Notes under the pieces: generated by a model
Seen by the model: the letters and a program-made list of their open reading frames with translations, nothing else
Database searches by the model: none
Told to the model about the DNA's origin: nothing
Part shown: one piece after another, positions 39,450 to 49,431 of the stretch
Position numbering within the stretch: the stretch's first letter is position 1
Layout: each line of letters opens with the position of its first letter
NCBI GenBank assembly: GCA_965206745.1
Contig: OZ242220.1
Coordinates: 1,312,001-1,376,000 of the forward strand
Length of the DNA stretch: 64,000 nucleotides
Direction of reading: 5' to 3'
From: Nitrosopumilus sp.
GTDB taxonomy: Archaea > Thermoproteota > Nitrososphaeria > Nitrososphaerales > Nitrosopumilaceae
Position numbers and translations under genes: made by a program

Positions 39450-40451
39450 TTAATCCTTTGGAGGAGTCGGTTTTGTTCTCCATTTTTTGGGATATGTATT
39501 AGGCGCCATAATGATTCTTTTTGTCTCAAACGCATATCCTTTTGTGGCATCGCGAATCTCCCCCTCAGACATTGTCGATTCGGCCAACGCCACGGCCTCT
39601 CCTTTCTGCGTATAAACCCCAACAATATCCCCTCTTCTCAGATTCTGTGAAATTTTCAATATTCCAGGTATTGCCAGTTGTGCGCCATGACACAATGCAT
39701 CTACTGCCGAATCTCGAATTATAACTGATTTTAGTTCACTGAGGGCATATTCCACAGGTTTGATCATTTTCAAGAGTTTGCTGTCATCTTTTTTCTCCTC
39801 CCAGACTGCAAAAGCATCGGCAAGCTCGTGCAATGTTACCAACCCATCGCGCTCATAGAATTGGTCAACCCTGGTTCGCCTAAGCTCCACCATGGTTGCA
39901 CCGGGCCCTAAAATTTCCCCAATATCATAGTAGAGCTTTCGGATATAGGTTCCAGATTCGCATAAAATTCTGGTTAATAGCAATCTCTCTTTCTGCTCTA
40001 TGATCTCAAATTCATAGAGGGTTCTGGTCCTAGTTTGTCTAAGGACTGCTGAGCGTTGTGGGGGTTTTTGGAAGATCTCACCTCTAAACATTTCAATTAT
40101 TTCATCCAGTTTTTCCTTTGACGGTAGTGAATGGACCCTTCCCAAAGCATGATATTCTTTTGGGCCATAAAGTAGGACACCTAATGCTTTGGTTGCCTCA
40201 CCCAATCCCAGAGGCAAAACTCCGGAGACCTGAGGATCCAACGTGCCGCTATGACCAATCTTTGGAAGTTTCAAGAGGCGCTTTGTCCAAGCGACAGTCT
40301 CATGGCTTGTAGGGCCAGGCGGCTTGTCTAAAAGGATAATCCCGTAATTGAGCAGTTGCTCAATTGTTCTTTTGTCATAATACGTCCCATATGCATCATC
40401 AGTGATATCTTGATCAATTTCGACCAAATTTTCAAGTTGCTTAAGCATCAT
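39450..40451 (-). CDS. cbf5: H/ACA pseudouridine synthase Cbf5/TruB
   Basis: DKPPGPTSHE, GHSGTLDP, CESGTYIR, PUA domain. Confidence 0.96.
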   Translation of the reverse strand: MMLKQLENLVEIDQDITDDAYGTYYDKRTIEQLLNYGIILLDKPPGPTSHETVAWTKRLLKLPKIGHSGTLDPQVSGVLPLGLGEATKALGVLLYGPKEYHALGRVHSLPSKEKLDEIIEMFRGEIFQKPPQRSAVLRQTRTRTLYEFEIIEQKERLLLTRILCESGTYIRKLYYDIGEILGPGATMVELRRTRVDQFYERDGLVTLHELADAFAVWEEKKDDSKLLKMIKPVEYALSELKSVIIRDSAVDALCHGAQLAIPGILKISQNLRRGDIVGVYTQKGEAVALAESTMSEGEIRDATKGYAFETKRIIMAPNTYPKKWRTKPTPPKD

Positions 40452-41008
40452 AGCAATCTTCTCACAGTTTCTTTGGCAACATCAATTACTTGTTGTGCTG
40501 TCAAATTATCTGTATTTATGATTAAATCAAATACCGATTTATCTTCACCAAAATCAAAATTATATAGCTTCTTGTACAATGCCCTATTCTTGTCAAATCT
40601 TTTTTTTGTAATTTTATAGGCATCCTCAGAACTCATACTGTCTCTGGACTGCATCCTCTCGGTGCTGCTTTCATGAGAGCCCTCAAGCCAAATTTTTATC
40701 CCGTCTTTAATCAGCCAAGGCAAGGTATAGCTGGTAATGACTATTTTGCCTTGGTTGAAGAGGGAAATTAGTTTTTCATCCAGCTTTTTATCAAATTCGG
40801 GGTTTTGCTCACGCTGACTAAGAAATTTCATTCCCTCCTCAGTGTCCCACCAATCATCACCTGTAGAATCAAATCCATGTTCATTTGCCATCTCCTTTAG
40901 GACATCCCCACCACTAAGATAGCGCAGTTGAAACTCTTCTGCCAACCCTTTAGCGACAGTCGTCTTTCCTACTGCAGGAGGCCCTGAAACAACTATTGAT
41001 TTTGTCAA
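40448..41008 (-). CDS. cmk: cytidylate kinase
   Basis: SGPPAVGKTTVA P-loop; canonical position in the cluster. Confidence 0.9.
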   Translation of the reverse strand: MTKSIVVSGPPAVGKTTVAKGLAEEFQLRYLSGGDVLKEMANEHGFDSTGDDWWDTEEGMKFLSQREQNPEFDKKLDEKLISLFNQGKIVITSYTLPWLIKDGIKIWLEGSHESSTERMQSRDSMSSEDAYKITKKRFDKNRALYKKLYNFDFGEDKSVFDLIINTDNLTAQQVIDVAKETVRRLL

Positions 41009-41628
41009 CTGAGATCCATCGATGTTTTCGTCAGTTTCATAATTATTCCACTAAATGCAATAGATGAAAGGAAATACCAAGCCCAGAGATACAATGCATT
41101 TTCTTCAGTACAAACATGATCAACATCTGCTGCTTGTTCTGCCGTGCATGTTAATTGGAATAGATCTCCTGGAATTACATTCAATGGTATTGGAGATAGA
41201 GCTACAGTGTAAGAGAATAGTTGTGGCAATACAAGATAAAAGATCAAAATCAAAGGGACAAATGTAATCATCATCGGCCTCATGTTCATCTGCATCATCT
41301 CCATAGACATTTTGTTCATGTACGATGATTTTTTGCCCAGTTCGGCAACCTTGGCCTGATCCTTAGATCTCATTGCGGCCATCCTTTCTTTTTGCCAAGC
41401 ACGAGTCTCCTTCATAATTCGCTTTAGTTTTACTTGATCAACCATTTTTTTCCTCACTGCAGAATTGAAGATATTTAGCAAAATACCAAATCCAGACACT
41501 GCAAACATTGAGAGTACCAGTCCCTTGACAATAGGATCATCGGCGCCCAGAGCCTGCCTTTCACCCCCAAAAATATCAAACTGTAGAGGGATAGAGTCAA
41601 GGAAAAGAAGAATAAAATTGAAATCCAT
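41005..41628 (-). CDS. DUF106/EMC3-TMCO1 family membrane protein
   Basis: Met-rich MMQMNMRPMMITFVP, WYFLSS; follows adk. Confidence 0.9.
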   Translation of the reverse strand: MDFNFILLFLDSIPLQFDIFGGERQALGADDPIVKGLVLSMFAVSGFGILLNIFNSAVRKKMVDQVKLKRIMKETRAWQKERMAAMRSKDQAKVAELGKKSSYMNKMSMEMMQMNMRPMMITFVPLILIFYLVLPQLFSYTVALSPIPLNVIPGDLFQLTCTAEQAADVDHVCTEENALYLWAWYFLSSIAFSGIIMKLTKTSMDLS

Positions 41629-41631
41629 TTT

Positions 41632-42210
41632 TTACAGTCCTATCGCACTAATGATTTTATCAGCTGCTTCATCAACCTTTCCCTCGCCATTGAGCACATG
41701 TCGTACCGGTGCTCCGGTGATTACAGCACAGGCAGAAATCATACCTGATTGAATATCTAGCTCTTTTTTAATATTAGCCAAGGTAATTTTGTCCCTGTTC
41801 CTAGTATCATCCTTCATTCGTCGATTATAGATTTCTTCGGGTTTTGCAGACACGGATACAAAGTTTGTGGGTCGGATGATTTTGAGGACATGCTCAGGCA
41901 ACCCAGGATAGTAGCCCTCTGGAGAATTGATAAAGGCATGGGTGTCAATGATGATGATCTCTTCAGTACGGGAGGCAATTTTTTCTGCTGCTACCTTTTG
42001 AAGATGTTGTTGTTCGGAGACAGGCAGCTTTCTAAGATCGTCCCTGCTAACAACGCCGTTTTCTTTAGCAACCTCAAACATCAGAGTCCCATAACTAATC
42101 ATGTGGACATTTTTTTCGTGATTCTTTAGAATTTCAACAATTTTGGATAGCAATGTAGTTTTTCCAACACCTGGAATTCCTATCATCACTATTTTTTTAT
42201 TTTCTGCCAA
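41632..42210 (-). CDS. adkA: adenylate kinase (archaeal type)
   Basis: GIPGVGKTT, IDTH, GYYPGLP, RRMKDDTRNRD. Confidence 0.95.
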   Translation of the reverse strand: MAENKKIVMIGIPGVGKTTLLSKIVEILKNHEKNVHMISYGTLMFEVAKENGVVSRDDLRKLPVSEQQHLQKVAAEKIASRTEEIIIIDTHAFINSPEGYYPGLPEHVLKIIRPTNFVSVSAKPEEIYNRRMKDDTRNRDKITLANIKKELDIQSGMISACAVITGAPVRHVLNGEGKVDEAADKIISAIGL

Positions 42211-43630
42211 GTAAAGCACCCAAACGCGGCATGACGACCTCAACTTGTTCCTTAACTAGCTGTGTATAGTAGTTGATAAGAATATCCACCATAAGTAAAA
42301 TTCCGATTCCAGATCCAAAGACCCCCAGCACATCAGACACGCCTGCCAATCCTCCCAGAATCATAGAGCCGATTATGGTAACTGATGGAATGTATTTATT
42401 TAACAGCGCCTCAACTGGTGCATGTGATCTTCTAAATCCGGGAATTTGTACGTCGGCATCAAGCAAGTTTTGAGCTGCACTCTTTGGAGACAATCCGCCT
42501 AGTTCAACCCACAATCTACCAAACACAACTACAATTCCAATCATAAACAGAACGTAACCTACTGCACGCATTGGATCCTCCGCTGCCACATCCAAACCTC
42601 TCGGCGGGGTGATGTAGTAGATGATACCGCCGATGGGAGTGTTGGGGCTGGTTATATCAAATTGCGCTATAATGTTCATAAAGAAATCATTGTTTCTTGG
42701 ATTCGCATTTGCCCACAGCATTTGGAATATGAAGACGGCGTTTGCAGTAAGTGCTGAAGCCAAAATGACAGGAATGTTTGAGACGTACATTAACTTGATT
42801 GGGTAAACAGCAGAGAAACCTCTGTATTTAGTGGAAACGATAGGAATCTCAATTTTGATACCCTGGGTAAATACAAGCACTAGCAATATTCCTGCCGTAA
42901 GAAGCAATCCAAAGATACTCGGCAGTTGATTCGAACGGAAGAAGACATCTAGAATTTCCCCACCGCCAGTCAAGGATTGGATGGCATATGGAATAATACC
43001 AATCACTCCTCCATCTCCGGCAGGCAGCGGACTGAACATGCTCCAGAGAATCTGCTGGGCAACACCGGCCATAATGAACAAGCTGATTCCACTGCCAAGT
43101 CCCCAACCTTTCTGAATTAACTCATCCAAAAACATGATAAGGACAGAGGCGGCCATTAGCTGGCCGATTATAACATACAAAACATAGGGTTCAGTTACGC
43201 CAGGCCCATAAACAGCTATAGCATATACAATAGATTCGGCAACAATTACAACATATGTGACCAATTTAGTGGCAGTTTGGAAGATTCCTCTTTCCTCTGG
43301 CTTTTTGAAATCAAATTTTAGGATATCTGAACCTCTCAGCAATTGCATCAAGAGACCAGCTGTGACTATGGGACCTATACCTAATTCGACTAGGGTACCT
43401 TGTTGGGATGCGAAAATAACCCTAGCAAAGGCTAGGAAGTCAAACTGTGGTGCAGTTGCTCCAAACAGAGGAGTCTGGCCCATAATCATGTAGATAAGCA
43501 ATGCAATTCCACACCAGAGCAGTCTAACCTGAAGCGGGATCTTCTTTTTTGGTTTTGGAACTTGTGGCAGATAAGGTTCTGCTTTAAAAACAACTTTTCG
43601 AATAATGCCAGTTATGCTACCTTCAGCCAT
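42197..43630 (-). CDS. secY: preprotein translocase subunit SecY
   Basis: LGIGPIVTAG, GLGSGISLFI, YPIKLMYVSNIP, IPGFR. Confidence 0.98.
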   Translation of the reverse strand: MAEGSITGIIRKVVFKAEPYLPQVPKPKKKIPLQVRLLWCGIALLIYMIMGQTPLFGATAPQFDFLAFARVIFASQQGTLVELGIGPIVTAGLLMQLLRGSDILKFDFKKPEERGIFQTATKLVTYVVIVAESIVYAIAVYGPGVTEPYVLYVIIGQLMAASVLIMFLDELIQKGWGLGSGISLFIMAGVAQQILWSMFSPLPAGDGGVIGIIPYAIQSLTGGGEILDVFFRSNQLPSIFGLLLTAGILLVLVFTQGIKIEIPIVSTKYRGFSAVYPIKLMYVSNIPVILASALTANAVFIFQMLWANANPRNNDFFMNIIAQFDITSPNTPIGGIIYYITPPRGLDVAAEDPMRAVGYVLFMIGIVVVFGRLWVELGGLSPKSAAQNLLDADVQIPGFRRSHAPVEALLNKYIPSVTIIGSMILGGLAGVSDVLGVFGSGIGILLMVDILINYYTQLVKEQVEVVMPRLGALLGRK

Positions 43631-44048
43631 TATCAGATAACACCTCTCCACCAACAGCTTTTAATTTTTCTTCAGCAGACGCAGTAAATTGCTGAACTTT
43701 GACGGAATATGCATTTGCTAGTTTTCCGCCACCAAGAAGCTTTTTGTATCCTGCACCTGCAAGGTCTACAATTTTCTTACCGCCTTCTTCCTTACCGAAC
43801 TTTGCAAACAAGTCATCAAGATCTCTTAGACTTGCCCATTTTTTTATGATATTTGGGTGAGGTGTTTTAGGGATATCGTGGTTGTAGTGATCTGGATCTT
43901 CTTTTATCATGGTGCTTCTATGATGTTTCTTCATACCGGTAACTCCAAGACCACCTTTGTGACCGCTGGCACGGTGTTGGCCCACTTGCCCCCATCCCAT
44001 GTGTCGTCCGCCTCTAAGTCGTCTTGTTTTTCGCAATCTGGATGCCAT
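43623..44048 (-). CDS. rpl15: 50S ribosomal protein L15
   Basis: RKTRRLRGGRHMGWG, KLLGGG. Confidence 0.96.
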   Translation of the reverse strand: MASRLRKTRRLRGGRHMGWGQVGQHRASGHKGGLGVTGMKKHHRSTMIKEDPDHYNHDIPKTPHPNIIKKWASLRDLDDLFAKFGKEEGGKKIVDLAGAGYKKLLGGGKLANAYSVKVQQFTASAEEKLKAVGGEVLSDNG

Positions 44049-44049
44049 G

Positions 44050-44517
44050 TTAAATCATCCTCCTTACAATAGTGTCAAGTTCCTTATTTGATCCAAGAAT
44101 GCCTTTCTGTCCATATAGTTTCTTTGTACTTCTTTTGAACCCATGTACAGGAGGTGCCAAAGCAAACCAGGGTTTTAGGGGTTTTAGCTTTGATAGGGTT
44201 GCTTTGCCTTCAGCTAAGGCAGTCCCCAATTCCTCAGCACTTGCGAATCCAAGCTCCTTTAAATCTTCAGAGGTTGCTTTCTGATAGCCACCTTTTCTAG
44301 CCTTTTTATCGACTAGTTCAGTTGCCAAAGACGCATCAATTTCAACCCAAGATACATAGTGCTGTATCTTTCTTAACATGCCCAAAGTGTTGTCCTTGGC
44401 AGGAAGAATAGTTGCACGGTATTTTTTATCTAATTGTAAGAGCATCATAGTATGGGTGGCCCAATACGGACAGTCAGCCTGACCCTTTATTCTAACAACG
44501 AGGTATGCATTTGCCAC
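44050..44517 (-). CDS. rpl30: 50S ribosomal protein L30
   Basis: VVRIKG, GMLRKIQHYVSW, LAPPVHGF. Confidence 0.95.
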   Translation of the reverse strand: MANAYLVVRIKGQADCPYWATHTMMLLQLDKKYRATILPAKDNTLGMLRKIQHYVSWVEIDASLATELVDKKARKGGYQKATSEDLKELGFASAEELGTALAEGKATLSKLKPLKPWFALAPPVHGFKRSTKKLYGQKGILGSNKELDTIVRRMI

Positions 44518-44523
44518 TATCCA

Positions 44524-45243
44524 TCAACCCTGACTAAATGTCTGTCTAAGACAATCCAATACTGCTTTTGAAGTTGAATTCATCGTAGGGGTAGAACCTT
44601 TTGCCGTAGTCCATGCATCCTTAAGACCTGCCAACTCCAATAATCGTTTAATTTTACCACCTGCTACAAGACCCAAACCGCGAGGTGCAGGAATGATCTC
44701 GATTGTAACACTGCCACCTTTTCCTTTGACTTTGAATGGTACAGAGTGCTTTTGATCACATCTACATTCCCAACTACCACATCCCATTTTGATGGGTTGG
44801 ACATTAAGGAATGCTTGACTGGTTGCCTTTTCAATGGCAATTCGCATTTGTTTTGATTTTCCTTGTCCAATACCCAAGTATCCATTCTCATTGCCGGCAG
44901 CAACAATTGCTTTGAACCTGGTTGATTGGCCATTTGAAGTCATTTTTTGAATAATGCCTACATCGACAACCTCATTTTTCAAGTCAGGCAACAGTTTCTT
45001 TATTATTCCTGATTCTTGAATACGCAATCCAGATTCGATAATTTCTTCCAAGGATGAAATTTCCCCAGAGGAAACCTTTTTTCCCAGAACGGTTTTTGGG
45101 ATCCACACTTCTTCTTCCGGTTCTCTTCTTGGTCGTCTCGGACGGTCTCCGCCTTTAACTCCTCCCGGAGGACCACTCCCGTATATTGGCGGACCTCTAC
45201 CTCTCCCACCTTGGCCGGGTTTGGATTGTGCTGACTGACTCAT
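44524..45243 (-). CDS. rps5: 30S ribosomal protein S5
   Basis: WIPKT.LG, GCGSWEC, PAPRGLGLVA. Confidence 0.97.
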   Translation of the reverse strand: MSQSAQSKPGQGGRGRGPPIYGSGPPGGVKGGDRPRRPRREPEEEVWIPKTVLGKKVSSGEISSLEEIIESGLRIQESGIIKKLLPDLKNEVVDVGIIQKMTSNGQSTRFKAIVAAGNENGYLGIGQGKSKQMRIAIEKATSQAFLNVQPIKMGCGSWECRCDQKHSVPFKVKGKGGSVTIEIIPAPRGLGLVAGGKIKRLLELAGLKDAWTTAKGSTPTMNSTSKAVLDCLRQTFSQG

Positions 45244-45247
45244 GTCT

Positions 45248-45730
45248 CTATTTGACCTCACCGTCAATTGAAGACTTTATTTTTGAAATTTCATTTTTTA
45301 CTGTCAAGTGCTCGCCGTTAATTCTTTCCTCAGAGGGAAAAGTTTCAGAGTCAGCTGGTACTTGGACACCGGCATCAATGACGCCTTTAAGGGCAGCTGC
45401 CATCCTTTGGGTATATCGTCTGGTTCCAGTATACAGTATCGCATCTTTGGCACCATTTCCTATTGCCTTTTTGCCGGCCAGATAACCAGTAAGGTATGCA
45501 GCAGGTACGCTCTTTCTAGAACCTTTCCATCCCTTTTCAAGCAGATATCTGGAATGGGCAGAGGCTATGACTTTGTCGCCAGTCATGCCAGGCTTTAGGA
45601 TTTGAACTGAGGTATTTTCATTAGTGATATTTACAGTGATGAAATCACGCTTGCCCATAAGCATGGTTCCGCGCTTTTTATAATTGGTTTTTTCTTCCCT
45701 TAGCCTTCTCAATATTTTTGAATATGCCAT
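45248..45730 (-). CDS. rpl18: 50S ribosomal protein L18
   Basis: RRLREEKTNYKKR, PAAYLTG. Confidence 0.96.
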   Translation of the reverse strand: MAYSKILRRLREEKTNYKKRGTMLMGKRDFITVNITNENTSVQILKPGMTGDKVIASAHSRYLLEKGWKGSRKSVPAAYLTGYLAGKKAIGNGAKDAILYTGTRRYTQRMAAALKGVIDAGVQVPADSETFPSEERINGEHLTVKNEISKIKSSIDGEVK

Positions 45731-45968
45731 CTATAGAAACCGAGTTTGAATCTGCTCTTATATACGTAATGTGGAAATTTATCTTAATTTAACAAAGTAG
45801 ACAATTTTTCCACCATATGTAATGATGTCATCACATTAGACAAAGTCCAAAAAACATGGCAATCAAAACAGGGCCATTCATGATAAAATTACAAAAAAGT
45901 ATTTTCTAGAACCATTACGTGAGCAAAAATTAATGCGATCTAATATTTTTCCAATCATAGAAATAAGA

Positions 45969-46883
45969 TCAAGCATGAATTAGGGCGGCAAGTAAAGCCT
46001 TTTGTGTATGTAAACGATTTTCTGTCTCATCCCAAACGGCAGATTGAGGACCATCAATTACAGAGGAAGTAACTTCCTGTCCCCTCTTTGCTGGAAGGCA
46101 GTGTAAAAAAATTGCATCATCATTTGCAGTTTGCATCAGTTTTGAGTTAACTTGGTACTTTGGAGGAAACTTTTTGGTTCGTTTCGGATCACAGTTATGA
46201 ATTGACGTGTATGTATCAGTTACAATTACATCTGCATTCTTTGTTGCAATTAATGGATCTGCAGTTATCTCAATATTGGAAGATTTTTGGGATTCTTTAA
46301 CAACATTCTTTTTAGGTTCAAATCCTTTTGGAGTTGCAACAGACATGTCAATTCCAAACAAGGCGGCACCGTAAATCATAGAATTGCACACATTATTCCC
46401 ATCGCCTATCCATGCAATCTTTAATCCTTTGAATCTCTTTTTCTTTTCCTTGATTGTCATAAAATCTGCCAAGATTTGACATGGGTGAAATGAATCAGAG
46501 AGCCCATTAATTATAGGAATATCCGCATTCTCAGATAATTTTTCCAACAACCCATGATCATATACACGAGCCATTATGCAATCAGTATATCGCGAAAGAG
46601 TTTTTGCAGTATCCTCAACAGATTCGCCCCTAGATAGCTGCATGTCATTTGAAGATAGATTGATGGCATGCCCGCCTAACTGATACATTCCAATTTCAAA
46701 ACTTACACGAGTTCGAGTGGATGGTTTTTGAAAAATCATAGTCAGTGTTTTATTTTTCAAAAGGGGTTTGCTTACTCCTTTCTGAAGTTCTTTTTTTAAT
46801 TTAATCGAATGGTCAATTAATCCTAAAAATTCCTTTGGCGATAGTTCAGCTAAAGTGAGTAAATCTTTGGTTTTGAGTTTCAT
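45969..46883 (-). CDS. argF: ornithine carbamoyltransferase
   Basis: [27 protein letters not shown]. Confidence 0.96.
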   Translation of the reverse strand: MKLKTKDLLTLAELSPKEFLGLIDHSIKLKKELQKGVSKPLLKNKTLTMIFQKPSTRTRVSFEIGMYQLGGHAINLSSNDMQLSRGESVEDTAKTLSRYTDCIMARVYDHGLLEKLSENADIPIINGLSDSFHPCQILADFMTIKEKKKRFKGLKIAWIGDGNNVCNSMIYGAALFGIDMSVATPKGFEPKKNVVKESQKSSNIEITADPLIATKNADVIVTDTYTSIHNCDPKRTKKFPPKYQVNSKLMQTANDDAIFLHCLPAKRGQEVTSSVIDGPQSAVWDETENRLHTQKALLAALIHA

Positions 46884-48214
46884 TTTTTAAAGAATCCGAA
46901 TCGTCCTCGTTTCTTTTCAGGTTTGTCTTCTTTATCATGTTTTTGTATTTCTTTATCGTTATTCTCATTAGCATCAACTGATTCTCCGGGTTTAGGTCGC
47001 CCATCTCCAATCCATTGACGAATCTTATTAGCCAAATCGATTGCGTCGCGGTCATTTGCAGGTGGGGCAATATCAAACAGATCAGAATATGTTGCAATGT
47101 CTCCATCCAGAATTCCTTCAAACAGATCATCTGAATTAATCTGTGGTTCTGGTGTTGGTTCAGGTTCTGGTGTTGGTTCAGGTTCTGGTGTTGGTTCAGG
47201 TTCTGGTGTTGGTTCAGGTTCTGGTGTTGGTTCAGGTTCTGGTGTTGGTTCAGGTTCTGGTGTTGGTTCAGGTTCTGGTGTCGGTGTTTCTTCAATATTC
47301 ACATTATCTAATGAGCCAAAGACAGTTTCTAGAAAAAGTTCCTTGTCAAAAGGTTTGAGATCAGGATACTCCTGACCGACTCCAACATAAAGAACGGGAG
47401 TTGAAGTGACTTTAACTATAGATAAAGCAGCGCCACCTCTTGCATCAGCATCACTCTTTGTTAAAATCGAGCCATCAAATTTCACATATTCAAAAAATTC
47501 GCGGGCTTGGTTCACAGTATCGTTTCCTGCTAAAGAGTCACCTACAAAAATTTTCATGTCAGGATTTACTACTTTGGTAATTTTTTCAATTTGTTCCATC
47601 AGATTCTTACTTGTTTGCATTCTTCCGGCAGTGTCGATTAATACACAGTCAGTTTTGTGTGATCTTGCGTACAGAACTGCATCTCGTGCAACAGCCGCAG
47701 GATCTGAGTTGTAATTTTGTGCAACAAGTTTCAAGTTTAGGCGATTTGCATGTTCTCGTAATTGCTCAATGGCACCAGCTCTAAAAGTATCAGCAGCTGC
47801 AATTACAACAGAATATTTTCCTTCTTTTAACATATAAGCAACTTTAGCTAGCGATGTGGTTTTGCCAGTACCATTAATGCCAACAAATAAAATCAAAAAT
47901 GGCTGTCCCTGCTTTTTTTTTTCATTGATTCTTTCAAAGAGATTTACTTTCCCTGCAGAATCAAATAATGTAGAGATACTAGAAATTAAGCTATCTTTTA
48001 CAAATTTTTCAATCTCATTTTTATCAACCTTTGAACCAATTAATTTTTCTTTAAGATCAGATTTAATTGAATCAATTACCTCAAGTGCAACGTCAGATTC
48101 TAAGAGAGACATCTCTAATTCAAAGAGAGTGTTTTCCACATCTTTTTCGCCAAGTTCTTTTTCTCCGAGACTTTTTGCTACATTTGAGAATGCACTTCGG
48201 AGCTTATCAAACAT
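46880..48214 (-). CDS. ftsY: signal recognition particle receptor FtsY with C-terminal acidic extension
   Basis: [31 protein letters not shown]. Confidence 0.97.
   Translation of the reverse strand: MFDKLRSAFSNVAKSLGEKELGEKDVENTLFELEMSLLESDVALEVIDSIKSDLKEKLIGSKVDKNEIEKFVKDSLISSISTLFDSAGKVNLFERINEKKKQGQPFLILFVGINGTGKTTSLAKVAYMLKEGKYSVVIAAADTFRAGAIEQLREHANRLNLKLVAQNYNSDPAAVARDAVLYARSHKTDCVLIDTAGRMQTSKNLMEQIEKITKVVNPDMKIFVGDSLAGNDTVNQAREFFEYVKFDGSILTKSDADARGGAALSIVKVTSTPVLYVGVGQEYPDLKPFDKELFLETVFGSLDNVNIEETPTPEPEPTPEPEPTPEPEPTPEPEPTPEPEPTPEPEPTPEPEPTPEPQINSDDLFEGILDGDIATYSDLFDIAPPANDRDAIDLANKIRQWIGDGRPKPGESVDANENNDKEIQKHDKEDKPEKKRGRFGFFKK
47145..47281. repeat. 18-bp perfect tandem repeat x7 plus a partial unit, encoding (EPTPEP)n
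   Basis: GGTTCTGGTGTTGGTTCA repeated without mismatch. Confidence 0.97.
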
Positions 48215-48217
48215 GTT

Positions 48218-48646
48218 TTATCCCGAAGATGGAGGGCGTTGCATATTTTGCATCATTTGATTCATCCGTGCTTTTCCTTGCTCTAATTGAGCGGCCGCAT
48301 CTTGTTTTTTTGCAGCATTGTCCTGCAATGCAATTTCAATTTCTTTAATTTTCGCTTCAAGGTAATTTATTGCAGAGGGAAAATCTTTTTCGACTGCAAT
48401 TCCAGCGCCGATATTCAATACAATCTTGGAATTAGATGAAATTTTTGTGGGAATATATGTGCCCTCTCCAATTGGAACCAGAGTTTCAGATTCTGGATTC
48501 TTGCCAAGTGATTGAAGTGATTCAACGCAAGCAGTCGTTGCTCTTAAAAAATTCATAAAAGAGATTTCTCTTTGAGATAAATCAGAAAAATACGTTTCAA
48601 GCATTTGCATCTGTTGTACCAACTGCTCTGCCTGTTCTTCACTCAT
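48218..48646 (-). CDS. pfdA: prefoldin subunit alpha
   Basis: Coiled coil plus ETLVPIG..., IVLNIGAGIAVEK hairpins; adjacent to ftsY. Confidence 0.93.
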   Translation of the reverse strand: MSEEQAEQLVQQMQMLETYFSDLSQREISFMNFLRATTACVESLQSLGKNPESETLVPIGEGTYIPTKISSNSKIVLNIGAGIAVEKDFPSAINYLEAKIKEIEIALQDNAAKKQDAAAQLEQGKARMNQMMQNMQRPPSSG

Positions 48647-48748
48647 GTACAACAAACATTTTTCTGACGGTTATAAATTCATTCATGAATTTAGAAAAAA
48701 TCAACTAAAAATAGATTAAAAAAGATATAAAAAAATAAAGATTTGACT

Positions 48749-49369
48749 TTATTTTGCTTTAGAGAATCTAGATTCTACTTCATCCCAATTAACCACATTC
48801 CACCATGCCGCAATGTAGGCAGGTCTTTTGTTTTGGTAGTTGAGATAGTATGCATGCTCCCACACATCACAGCCAAGCAATGGAATCAGTCCTTTAGTTC
48901 TTGGACTAGTTTGATTTGGCATTGATTTGTACTCAACCTTTCCTGAAGAAGGATTGTATACTAACCATCCCCAACCACTGCCTTGGATTACAGCTGTAGT
49001 AGATGAAAATTTCTCTTTAAAGTCAGAAAAGCTTCCAAAGGAACCGTTGATTGCATCAGCAATTGATCCTCCAGGCTCTCCGCCTCCATTTTGTTTCATG
49101 TTATTCCAAAATAACCTATGGTTATCATAACCACCACCGTTGAAGTTAATTGCGCCTCTTTGAGCTTCTGGTATTGAGTTAATATCAGACAAGATCTCAA
49201 GGATGTCTTTCTCTTGGATGTCAGCAGGACATGCTTCAAGAGCTGCATTTAGTTTGTCAGTGTATGCTTGATGATGTTTTGTGTGGTGAATCTCCATTGT
49301 TTTTGAATCAATGTGAGGTTCCAATGCATCATAGGCATATGGCATTTCAGGAAGAGTGTATTTTCCCAT
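48749..49369 (-). CDS. sod: superoxide dismutase [Fe/Mn]
   Basis: HHTKHHQAY, FNGGG..NH, DVWEHAYY. Confidence 0.97.
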   Translation of the reverse strand: MGKYTLPEMPYAYDALEPHIDSKTMEIHHTKHHQAYTDKLNAALEACPADIQEKDILEILSDINSIPEAQRGAINFNGGGYDNHRLFWNNMKQNGGGEPGGSIADAINGSFGSFSDFKEKFSSTTAVIQGSGWGWLVYNPSSGKVEYKSMPNQTSPRTKGLIPLLGCDVWEHAYYLNYQNKRPAYIAAWWNVVNWDEVESRFSKAK

Positions 49370-49431
49370 ACATGAGTTGAGAATTTATTCAATTTATTGC
49401 TTTAGTAAGCAATTCATTTTTACTTGTTAAA

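Noticed and set aside
47145-47281. Tandem repeat as a CRISPR array, and the repetitive ORFs in other frames (46846-47295, 47097-47375, 47143-47358)
   Set aside because: No spacers; it is a coding VNTR in ftsY and the other ORFs are shadows of it.
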